Assembly: GCA_965263035.1 (NCBI GenBank)
Contig: OZ253580.1
Location: forward strand, 1,984,001-2,048,000
Source: Acidobacteriota bacterium
GTDB taxonomy: Bacteria; Acidobacteriota; UBA6911; RPQK01; JAJDTT01
DNA length: 64,000 bases
Reading direction: 5' to 3'
The notes under the pieces were generated by a model. That model searched no databases, was not told the origin of the DNA, and worked only from the letters and a program-made list of their open reading frames with translations. Position numbers and translations under genes: made by a program. This document shows positions 55,776 to 64,000 of the stretch, piece by piece; the first letter of the stretch is position 1; every line of letters starts with the position of its first letter.

Positions 55776-57062
55776 ATGGAGCGGACAGAGGCCGCAGGAA
55801 GGGTCCGTCCACGGGAGAAGATTCTGCTCACCGGGTCCACCGGATACATCGGCGGCCGCTTGCTTCGCCGGCTCGAAGCCGACTCCTTTCCGGTTCGGTG
55901 CCTGGTCCGGCGTCCGGAAGTGCTCGGACCGCAGGTCGCGGCCACGACCGAGGTGGCCGGAGGAGACCTGCTCAAACCGGAAACGCTGCCGACGGCCATG
56001 CGGGGGATCACCACCGCCTACTATTTGGTTCATTCCATGGCCTCCATCATCATCGGCTCGGGGAGCCTGTCCTTCGAGATGATCCGGTCTCTGGTGGAGA
56101 AGCTGCCCGTCATGCTGACGCCCCGCTGGGTCCACACCATGGCGCAGCCGATCGCCGTGGAAGACGTCATCGAATACCTGCTCGCCGCGCTCGAGGCCCC
56201 TCTCGAAGGAAGCCGGGTCAATGAGATCGGGGGATCCGAACGGGCCTCCTATGCCGATATCATGGCGGAGTACGCCCGCCAGCGAGGCCTGCGTCGAAAG
56301 ATGATTTCCGTTCCCGTTCTCTTGCCCCGCCTGTCCCGCCTGTGGCTGGGTCTGATCACGCCCATCTACGCCCGGGCCGGCCGCCAACTGGTGGAGAGTC
56401 TCCGCAACGAAACCGTAGTCGACAGCGCCGCGGCCTCGGAGATCTTCAGTATCCGGCCTCGCGGTCTGGCCCCGGCGATCCGCCGCGCACTGGTGAACGA
56501 AGATCGCGAGTTCGCGGAGACGCGTTGGTCCGATGCCGTCTCCTCCCTGGGTTCCACGTCCTTGCGATCCGGGGTCCGCTATGGGACCCGCATCGTCGAT
56601 TCGCGGGTTCGTTTCGTTCCGGTCCCGGCCCCACAGGCGTTCTTGCCAATCCGGCGAATCGGCGGGGGATCGGGATGGTACGGATCGAACTGGCTCTGGA
56701 GAGTTCGGGGCGCGCTGGATCTGCTGGCCGGTGGCCCCGGCATGCGGCGTGGACGAAAGGATGCCGAACATCCCGCGATTGGAGAGACCATTGATTTCTG
56801 GAGGGTCGAGGCGTACGAAGAGAACCGGCTGCTCCGCCTCAAGGCGGAGATGCGGCTCCCCGGCCGCGCCTGGCTCCAATTCGAGGTCGAACCTCACGGC
56901 TCGGGATCGTGGGTCCGGCAGACCGCCGAGTTCGGCCCCTTGGGATTCCTGGGTCTGGCCTACTGGTACAGCCTGTACCCAGTGCACCACATCATCTTTG
57001 CACGGTTGCTCCGGGGAATCGCCTTCCTGGCAGTCCGGGAAACATGGGAGCCGAGGGGATGA
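55776..57062 (+). CDS. NAD(P)-dependent epimerase/atypical SDR with C-terminal DUF2867 (YbjT-like), probable internal deletion
   Basis: ILLTGSTGYIGGRL, YYLVHSM, SIIIGSGS.SFEM, QPIA..DV, IGG..GWY, DFWRVE, AEMRLPG.AWL, GLAYWY. Confidence 0.82.
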   Translation: MERTEAAGRVRPREKILLTGSTGYIGGRLLRRLEADSFPVRCLVRRPEVLGPQVAATTEVAGGDLLKPETLPTAMRGITTAYYLVHSMASIIIGSGSLSFEMIRSLVEKLPVMLTPRWVHTMAQPIAVEDVIEYLLAALEAPLEGSRVNEIGGSERASYADIMAEYARQRGLRRKMISVPVLLPRLSRLWLGLITPIYARAGRQLVESLRNETVVDSAAASEIFSIRPRGLAPAIRRALVNEDREFAETRWSDAVSSLGSTSLRSGVRYGTRIVDSRVRFVPVPAPQAFLPIRRIGGGSGWYGSNWLWRVRGALDLLAGGPGMRRGRKDAEHPAIGETIDFWRVEAYEENRLLRLKAEMRLPGRAWLQFEVEPHGSGSWVRQTAEFGPLGFLGLAYWYSLYPVHHIIFARLLRGIAFLAVRETWEPRG

Positions 57063-57168
57063 GAGGACCGGAGGTCACGTATCGCTGGACGTATCTTCCG
57101 ATCTGACCCACCTCAAGGCGTGCTCCAACGTCGGCCCATGCTAGAATCCCGGCGAAAGGGGGCAGCGC

Positions 57169-59058
57169 ATGTTGAACTGGTGGCGTGAGTTCCTGCCGGA
57201 AGTGTCCAATCCCCAAGAACCACGAGAACCGCCGGGTCCTCCTCGACCCATCCGGTTCATCCGGAAACAGATCAGGATCCTGGGCTGGCTCCTGCCGGGA
57301 GCCTGTTTCTGGTTCATGGCCTGTGCGGGAGAGCCGGAACCACCGGACGCGGAAAGCGTGCCCACGGTGACGACGGGACTGGGCAACGCCTTGGGCACCC
57401 GGGCCTTGACCGTCAACGGCTCCATTCATCCTCACGGAGAACCCACCACCTACTACTTCGAGTACGGCACGACGAAGAACTACGGGTTCCGGACGGCCGA
57501 ACGGCCCCTTCCGCCGCGGCTGGCCGCCTATTACCACGAGAGCTGGGACGAGGGGATGGGGGGATGGGACTCCTGGCTGAACCAGACCCTTTTCGCCTCC
57601 GGCGGGCCCTCGGGAGGATACGTGAGGCTGGCCGAGCCCAGCCGGAACGACCACAACCACGACGACGGGATCGGCACCCTGCACCTGACCAAGTACTTGT
57701 GGTGCGGCCGCTGCCTCTCCCCGGACAGGGATCCGGGCCCCTGTCTCGCCGCCGGAGACCCCGACCTGAGGGACGCCAAGGTCTCCGTAAGGGTCAGGGG
57801 AAATGATTGGAAACCCAACGGTTCGGAGTTGCTCTGGTGGAGCCAGGCGTACGTCCACGTCCAGATGGTGGACGATCCCGGCTGGAGGGCGTCCAACTGG
57901 GCCTATACCGGGTTTCTGCTGACCGATTTCCTCATGGACGGGGAATGGCACAAGGTGGATTACCGGCTCTGGAACGACACCTCGTACTGGAGCTTCGGGG
58001 GAAACAATCCCACCCGGCAAGGAGGGGTCGCCCGCCGCTACGACTACGGCTCCATCGACACCATTCAAGGACATCTCAACGACGACTTCTTTCACCTGAC
58101 GGCTTTCATCGACGTCGACAACCCGCCCTCGGGATCCATCGACTTCGACGAGTTCCAACTCGTGTACCGCAACGAGTCGCTGGTCTTCCCCGACAACGGA
58201 GGCCGTCTGGTGACTTGGCCCCAGGACTCGGCGGACGATCCGGCAATGCTGACCGACGGCTGGCGCCACGGCTCCGGCCGCATGTGGAAGAGTTCTCCCG
58301 ATCCGGAGGCGCCCCACGAGTTCGTGTATGCCTTCGATAGGCCTGTGACCATCGACGCGATCCAGGTTCACCAGAACCCGGAATGGCCGGGCAAGGAGGT
58401 GGAAGTCCTGGTCTCGGAAGATGGGGAGACCTACACCTCAATCCTCAAGCAGACCCTGCCCCGGGAGGGAGAACCCAACGCCAACTTCGCCTTCACCCTG
58501 GACCGGGGCCTCGCGGCCCCGGCCGGCCATCTGAAGGTCCGCCTCCTCTCGGGATACGACAACCGTCACTGGGGCTTGGGCGAAATCGAGGTCTTCGGCG
58601 CCGGCGCTCTCATGCGGACCGACGACGATCTCTACAACGTCAACTTGGACATCGAGCATCTCACGCCGGGGACCACGTATCACTACCGGCTGGTGGCCAA
58701 CAACGGAGTGGGCACAACCTATGGCGCAGACCAAACCTACACCTTGCCCGCCGACCATCGCCCCCTGGTGAAGACCGGGGCGGCGAGCCGCATCCAGGCA
58801 GGAGCCGCCAAGGTGGAAGGAAGGCTGAACCCCATGGGAGTGCGGACTCGGTTCTTTTTCCAGTATGGGACCGATACCGGCTACGGGCGCGAGTCTTCCG
58901 CCGGCTATGCCGGGTTGCAGGTGACGCCCAGGCTGGTCTTTTCCAACCTGACGGATCTGGCCCCCGGGACCACCTACCACTATCGCCTGGTGGGAGAAAA
59001 CGAGCGGGGCGTCAGCTACGGGGAGGACGCCACCTTCACCACTGTGCCGGCCAGATGA
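57169..59058 (+). CDS. Secreted/lipoprotein with fibronectin type III repeats and a discoidin (F5/8C)-like domain
   Basis: LTPGTTYHYRLVA.N and LAPGTTYHYRLVGEN FN3 motifs; YYFEYGTT; EVLVSEDG, LGEIEVFG discoidin-like; start uncertain. Confidence 0.7.
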   Translation: MLNWWREFLPEVSNPQEPREPPGPPRPIRFIRKQIRILGWLLPGACFWFMACAGEPEPPDAESVPTVTTGLGNALGTRALTVNGSIHPHGEPTTYYFEYGTTKNYGFRTAERPLPPRLAAYYHESWDEGMGGWDSWLNQTLFASGGPSGGYVRLAEPSRNDHNHDDGIGTLHLTKYLWCGRCLSPDRDPGPCLAAGDPDLRDAKVSVRVRGNDWKPNGSELLWWSQAYVHVQMVDDPGWRASNWAYTGFLLTDFLMDGEWHKVDYRLWNDTSYWSFGGNNPTRQGGVARRYDYGSIDTIQGHLNDDFFHLTAFIDVDNPPSGSIDFDEFQLVYRNESLVFPDNGGRLVTWPQDSADDPAMLTDGWRHGSGRMWKSSPDPEAPHEFVYAFDRPVTIDAIQVHQNPEWPGKEVEVLVSEDGETYTSILKQTLPREGEPNANFAFTLDRGLAAPAGHLKVRLLSGYDNRHWGLGEIEVFGAGALMRTDDDLYNVNLDIEHLTPGTTYHYRLVANNGVGTTYGADQTYTLPADHRPLVKTGAASRIQAGAAKVEGRLNPMGVRTRFFFQYGTDTGYGRESSAGYAGLQVTPRLVFSNLTDLAPGTTYHYRLVGENERGVSYGEDATFTTVPAR

Positions 59059-59090
59059 CGTGCCGTGAGAGTCGAGCGAGGAGGACCGCC

Positions 59091-60221
59091 ATGAACGGAT
59101 CCCACGATTCCACTCGGAGAGGTTTCTTGGGCCAAGTCGGGCTGGCGGCCACGCTGTCAGCCTGCTCACAGCCGACCCCGGAAAACGATGAGACAACGTC
59201 GATCCGGCCTCGAATCCGCATCGGAACCCGCGTCAACGCCAACTGGATGCAGAGCGAGGACGACGCCGACCTTCGGTTCCTGAAACAGATCGGCGTCGAC
59301 TACGTGGACATCGTCCTGAGCATGGTCGAGGGCTACAACGAGACCGGCAGCTTTACCCGGGACGCCTTCCGGAGTCTCAACGATCGGCTCCAACGGGTCG
59401 GCCTTCGCATCGAACGGGCCAACTCGCTGGGACCCCACTACCTGGACGCCCACCTGGGCCGGCCCGGCGGGCAGAAACAGATCGACAATCTGAAGCGGAT
59501 CGGAGAGATCCTGGCCGAGCACGAGATCCCGGTGTACGGCATCCAGGCCTGCCAGGCGGCCCTGCATTTGGAGTACTCGCGGACCGCCTGGACTCGTCCG
59601 CGCGGCCGGGGAGGCTACGAGTACTATTCCTTCGAGCTGGAGAAATCCAAGGCGGCGCCCCCTCCCAAGTACCGCGTCAGCTCGCAACAACTCTGGGACG
59701 GCCTGTTGAACATCTATCGCCAGGTCATCCCCGTCGTCGACGGGAGCCGCACCCGGGTCGCCATGCACGGAAACGATCCCCCGCTGTACGAATATCTGGG
59801 GAATCCGCAGATTCTGTGCCGGTACGAGGACTTCGACCGGCTCTTCTCGGAAGTCCCCAGCCCCAACAACGGGATCACCTTCTGCGTCGGCACCCGTTAC
59901 GAATCCGGAGAGGACGTGTTCGAGGGCATCCGGCATTTCGGAGGCCGGGGCAAGCTGTTTCACGTCCACTTCCGGAACGTTCGCGGGACCCTTCCAGCGA
60001 ACGGGGGGTATGCGGAGGTCGCCGTGGACGAGGGCGACATGGAGATGGAGAAGGTCCTGCGCACCCTGGCGGAGGTGAATTACGACGGCGTCATCGACTA
60101 CGACCACGCCATGGGAATCACCGGAGACAAGCCTCTGCCGAAGCAGTACATCGCCTTCGCGGTCGGCTACATGAGGGGCCTGCTCCATAGCATTCCGGGA
60201 CAACGGCGAACTCCCTCCTGA
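59091..60221 (+). CDS. Mannonate dehydratase (UxuA)-like protein with Tat/lipoprotein signal
   Basis: TRRGFLG...LSACS signal; QIGV, MHGNDPP, SPNNGITFCVGT, HVHFRNVRG, DEGD, DH, IAFAVGYMRGL; GGAGG RBS. Confidence 0.8.
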   Translation: MNGSHDSTRRGFLGQVGLAATLSACSQPTPENDETTSIRPRIRIGTRVNANWMQSEDDADLRFLKQIGVDYVDIVLSMVEGYNETGSFTRDAFRSLNDRLQRVGLRIERANSLGPHYLDAHLGRPGGQKQIDNLKRIGEILAEHEIPVYGIQACQAALHLEYSRTAWTRPRGRGGYEYYSFELEKSKAAPPPKYRVSSQQLWDGLLNIYRQVIPVVDGSRTRVAMHGNDPPLYEYLGNPQILCRYEDFDRLFSEVPSPNNGITFCVGTRYESGEDVFEGIRHFGGRGKLFHVHFRNVRGTLPANGGYAEVAVDEGDMEMEKVLRTLAEVNYDGVIDYDHAMGITGDKPLPKQYIAFAVGYMRGLLHSIPGQRRTPS

Positions 60222-60236
60222 CCCGGAGGCTGTCCC

Positions 60237-61694
60237 ATGATCCAAGGCGCCGGCGCCACCGCACTGCTGGTTCTTCTCTCGGGTGTCCCCTCCCTGGCGG
60301 AACCGGGGCCAACCGCATCTCCCCTGACCGTGGGCCGCCAGAGACAGCTCTTTCTCGACGACCGGGTGATCGAATCCACCAAGAATTTGACCCGGAGGCT
60401 CCATCATCCCCGGCGACATCCTGCCAATCCCATCCTGGAAGGAACACGGCCCTGGGAGAAGTGGCTGCTGGAGGTCAATGGGCGGGCGGTCCTCTACGAT
60501 CCGGCGGCCCGCCGGTTCAGGATGTGGTACGGCGCCCACCTGGTGGATGATTCCGCACCCACGGGCATCCGGTACAAGGTCTGTTACGCCTTCTCGGAGG
60601 ACGGAATCCGCTGGCGCCGGCCCCGGCTGGGCCAAGTGGAGTGGGAAGGGTCCCGCGAGAACAACATCCTGAGGTGGGGAGAGAACTGGATGCGCCGGCC
60701 CAACGTGATTCTGGACCCGGCGGATCCCGATCCCGATCGGCGCTTCAAGATGACCTACGTCGACGTGATGGACGGCCGCACCGCCATCGCCAAGGGATAC
60801 TCCAGGGACGGTCTCGAATGGCGGCTCAACGCCGACGGCAAACCCTGGTTCTACCGTTACCACAGCGCCAATCTGCTGGGTTGGGATCCGCGGATAGGAC
60901 GCTACGTGCTCTATCCCCGCATGCCCGGCGCCCAGAATTCCATCGGCCGCTCCACCAGCCCGGACTTCACGGCCTGGTCCGAACCCCGAACCGTGCTGGT
61001 CCCTGGGGCCGAGGAACCGAACCGTCATTTCAAGGGCTTGGCGGCTTTCCTCTACGAAGGCCTCTACCTGGGTTGGCTCTGGGTCTTCGAGCGGGGAGAG
61101 GCGGGGTGGGCGAGAGCGGACGCGGAGTTGGCCTTCAGCCGGGACGGCATCCGCTGGCGGCGTCTCTCGCCGGGAGCGTACTTTCTTGCTCGGGGGGAAC
61201 GCTCGTCCTGGGACAGCGAGATGGTCCTGCCGGTCGCGCCGGTGATCCACGGCGACAAGGTCTGGATCTACTACAGTGGTTGGAACCTTCCCTATTCCAT
61301 GGATGCCATGCTTCGGGCCCAGGACGGGTGGATCGAGGGTGGACGGAGAATGCAGCGGGCCATTGGCTTGGCCACTCTCCGGCGGGACGGATTCGTCTCC
61401 CTGGAAGCCGCAGCCGGGGGCGGATCCCTGACGACACGGCCCCTTGCCGTCCCAGCGGGAACGCTTCGGGTCAACGCCCAGGTCGAGGGCCAGTTGCGGG
61501 TCGAGGTCCTGGAAGCGGACGGACGGCCGATTCCCGCTTTTTCGAGGGCGGATTGTGACCCCATTCAAGGCGATGATGTCGACCGGCTGGTCCGGTGGAG
61601 AGGAAAGCCGAGTCTACAGACGCTGAGAGGCCGGTCCGTGCGGCTCCGCTTCCACCTTGCGGACGGCAGGCTCTACAGCTTCTGGTTGCAGTAG
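60237..61694 (+). CDS. Secreted GH32/GH43-like beta-propeller protein (divergent subfamily)
   Basis: RQLFLDD, HPANPIL, FRMWY, SEDGIRWRRP, YEGLYLG, LRRDGFVSL, LYSFW. Confidence 0.75.
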   Translation: MIQGAGATALLVLLSGVPSLAEPGPTASPLTVGRQRQLFLDDRVIESTKNLTRRLHHPRRHPANPILEGTRPWEKWLLEVNGRAVLYDPAARRFRMWYGAHLVDDSAPTGIRYKVCYAFSEDGIRWRRPRLGQVEWEGSRENNILRWGENWMRRPNVILDPADPDPDRRFKMTYVDVMDGRTAIAKGYSRDGLEWRLNADGKPWFYRYHSANLLGWDPRIGRYVLYPRMPGAQNSIGRSTSPDFTAWSEPRTVLVPGAEEPNRHFKGLAAFLYEGLYLGWLWVFERGEAGWARADAELAFSRDGIRWRRLSPGAYFLARGERSSWDSEMVLPVAPVIHGDKVWIYYSGWNLPYSMDAMLRAQDGWIEGGRRMQRAIGLATLRRDGFVSLEAAAGGGSLTTRPLAVPAGTLRVNAQVEGQLRVEVLEADGRPIPAFSRADCDPIQGDDVDRLVRWRGKPSLQTLRGRSVRLRFHLADGRLYSFWLQ

Positions 61695-61797
61695 CCTCCG
61701 AACGAGACCGCAATGGCGGGTTCCGGGAGAACCGCCCCCATGCCTCTCGGCTTCGGAGTCGCATGGCGGCGGCCTTCTCCGCCGCGATCGGAGCCGT

Positions 61798-63021
61798 ATG
61801 GAGTCTCGCTGGCTGACTTTCGGGGTACGCCGGAGCTTGGGCCGCTCACTCGCCTTGCTGGTGGCGGCGGGAATCCTCCTGAAGCTCCTGGACCTGGCCT
61901 TCGTGGAATTGAACCGCCGCTCGGTCATCCTGCCCCATTTCGACGTGACGCTGATTCCGTACCACGATCCCAGGGTCACCAGGCGCCACCTCCTCCTGCT
62001 CGACTACGAGCGGGACCCCCGGATCATCTTCACCGGGGACTCCCGGACCAAGAACGGCGTGGTTCCGCAGGTCATGGCCCGGATCCTGGGAGTGGATCCG
62101 GAATCCTTCTTCAACTTCGGAACCGGTTCCCAGGTCGTGCGCTTCGCCCGAGAGGCCTTTCTGCCCCACCTGCTGGAGATGGGGGTGCGGCCCCGGCACC
62201 TGATTTTCTGCGTGAGCCCCGACTGGCCGCTGGCCAAGGAGGTCGGCCGCCGGCTGGTCGAAAGATACCGGATGTCCCTTGCCTACCGCATGTCGCATCC
62301 GGAGCCTGACGAAAAGGATCGGTTGGAGCGGACACTGGACCATTTTCTGGCTCGCAACCTGGCGTTTTTCCGCTATCGATCCGACTTGGTGCACCGCGAG
62401 ATCCTGCCCGACCTTCGTTGCTGGTTCCTGAACGACTGTCATCTTTCGGCGGTCCAGGCCACCCGGCCGCTGCGGTTCAAGGAGGTGGAGTTTCGCGACG
62501 GCTACGTCACTCCCTACGGTTGGAATCCGCAGGCCTGGGACGGCACGACCACCGGTCGGCACGGGGGACGGGTTCGTTTCGATTCCCAGACTCCGTTCGA
62601 TGCGGACAACCTGACCCGCCTCATCGATGAGGTCCGAGCCGCCGGCATCAACCCGATCCTGCTGCTGCTGCCGGTCCATGCCTCGTTCCGGGAGGTGCAC
62701 GGCGAGGCGATGAATCGGAACCTGTCCAGGCTGCGGGAGATCGCAAACCGGCTCGAGGTGGACCTTCTGGCGCCGGCGGGGGAATACTCCGACCCCGGTC
62801 TCTTCACCGACGGCCATCATCTCTCGTTGCGGGGAGCCGTCTATTTCAGCGCGGGACTCGCCCCGAATCTGCGGCCCTACTTGGAAAAGACGAGCGCGGC
62901 GAGGGCCCAGGCTCCGTCCCTGGCGGAAACCGGGGAGCTCACCACCGACGAGCTGGTCGATTGGATCTTCCGCCTGGACCCGGTGATTCGGGACCATTGG
63001 AGGGAAGAGGAGCCAGGGTGA
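61798..63021 (+). CDS. Membrane-anchored SGNH-hydrolase-like protein (DUF1574/DltD-like)
   Basis: N-terminal TM helix; IIFTGDSRT, FNFG, LLLPVH, FTDGHHLS..GA..FS (GDS ... DxxH). Confidence 0.7.
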   Translation: MESRWLTFGVRRSLGRSLALLVAAGILLKLLDLAFVELNRRSVILPHFDVTLIPYHDPRVTRRHLLLLDYERDPRIIFTGDSRTKNGVVPQVMARILGVDPESFFNFGTGSQVVRFAREAFLPHLLEMGVRPRHLIFCVSPDWPLAKEVGRRLVERYRMSLAYRMSHPEPDEKDRLERTLDHFLARNLAFFRYRSDLVHREILPDLRCWFLNDCHLSAVQATRPLRFKEVEFRDGYVTPYGWNPQAWDGTTTGRHGGRVRFDSQTPFDADNLTRLIDEVRAAGINPILLLLPVHASFREVHGEAMNRNLSRLREIANRLEVDLLAPAGEYSDPGLFTDGHHLSLRGAVYFSAGLAPNLRPYLEKTSAARAQAPSLAETGELTTDELVDWIFRLDPVIRDHWREEEPG

Positions 63022-63097
63022 CGCTCCTGACGCCTTCCGCATCCGTCCGGTGAGGAATCACGGACCAGGTGAAAGGGGGCCGCGAACCGGGTGGGGC

Positions 63098-64000
63098 TCA
63101 GGCTTCCTCCAGGATCGTGGCTGCCAGATAGACGTGCCTTCCCTCTTCCTGCCTTCGGTTGAAGTAGTAGGTCAGAAGGACCCGTCCGTCCGGCATCAGA
63201 GCACCCTGGGGGTAACCGAGATCGCGCATGAATCCATCGTCTCGCACCACCAGTTCCTCGGCCTCGTCGATGTGCCTGCATTCCGGATCCAGCAGGCGCG
63301 CCCGGACCCCGAAGGGCTCCTGCCGGTAGCCGTAGGCCAGGAGGATCCGCCCACTGGGCATTGCCATGGCCCAATAGGGGTAACCCCACAGTCGATGGCG
63401 GGCCGGTGGACTCCAGGTCTTTCCGCCGTCTGTCGAGGTCGCCGTCACCAGGCGTCCAGCCGGGTTCACGGGGCCGCCCCAATTCTCCCGCTGGCGTTCG
63501 GTGGCGCCGGCGTGAATTCGGATGAAGGCCACCAGCTTGCCCGAGAGCGTCTCCTGGACGAAGGTTTCGTTGTAGGCGATGGCGCCGTCGACCAGGGCGC
63601 CGGACGGCAGCTCCAATGGATCCGAGGGTCCCGCGATTTCTCCCACGAACGACCAGCTCTTGCCCAGGTCCGGCGATTCCATCAAGGCCGAGCGCCAGGG
63701 ATTGGGATAGGAGTACAGGGGAAGGACGAGCCGTCCGCTCCGGAGTTGGATGACGGGGCTCCGGAGGTTCGCGGGCGAAGGAGCCCCGGGCAACAGGGAG
63801 GGGACGCCGTCGATGGGAGAGACCCAGTAGCGCGGACTCCAGGTTCGGCCCCGATCCAGGGATCGCCTCACGCCGACGCCGGAGATCACGGCATAGGTTC
63901 CCAGTTTCTCGGCGCTGTAGGACAGGCGATAGCGTCCGGCACCGCCCGGGACCCTTTCCTGGGGCAGTGCCCGAACCCGCTCATAGGCGGCCCTGGTGAC
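63098..64000 (-). CDS. BNR/Asp-box sialidase-like protein (5' end beyond window)
   Basis: SLDRGRTWS, SPDLGKSW, STDGGKTWS Asp-boxes; DLGYP; ORF appears to continue to the window edge. Confidence 0.78.
   Translation of the reverse strand, partial: VTRAAYERVRALPQERVPGGAGRYRLSYSAEKLGTYAVISGVGVRRSLDRGRTWSPRYWVSPIDGVPSLLPGAPSPANLRSPVIQLRSGRLVLPLYSYPNPWRSALMESPDLGKSWSFVGEIAGPSDPLELPSGALVDGAIAYNETFVQETLSGKLVAFIRIHAGATERQRENWGGPVNPAGRLVTATSTDGGKTWSPPARHRLWGYPYWAMAMPSGRILLAYGYRQEPFGVRARLLDPECRHIDEAEELVVRDDGFMRDLGYPQGALMPDGRVLLTYYFNRRQEEGRHVYLAATILEEA

Overview
GC-rich bacterial DNA, probably Acidobacteriota (inferred from GWxTD, acidobacterial VWA, CRTAC1/ASPIC-UnbV, TPR and carboxypeptidase-regulatory TonB receptor genes). 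The backbone is a carbohydrate-utilisation region: 11 paralogous secreted GH32/GH43-like beta-propeller proteins, 2 BNR/sialidase-like proteins, an SSS transporter, 2 TonB receptors, Gfo/Idh/MocA and SDR oxidoreductases and a Tat-signal UxuA-like dehydratase. It carries many mobile elements. (1) An IS110-family element (53991-55711) has a left-end bridge RNA readable from sequence. Its guide segments match the reconstructed 14-nt target (a REP-like hairpin) and the donor/circle junction, and circularisation would create a TTGACA-N17-TACCCT promoter. (2) An RT-less 630-nt group IIC-like intron (28283-28912, minus) is inserted in a related REP-like hairpin, and a second intron remnant lies at 14599-14676. 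(3) A compact CBASS anti-phage operon encodes HNH-SAVED, a CD-NTase and a stand-alone E2/SEC-C protein. (4) There are two IS1380, one IS1182 and three copies of a ~159-bp MITE with IS1182-like ends. (5) A vapBC-type toxin-antitoxin module has both genes separately interrupted. Several genes show single lesions (nonsense, frameshift, in-frame deletion, fusion). No rRNA, tRNA or CRISPR array was recognised. All family assignments are from motif recognition by eye; no database search was run.
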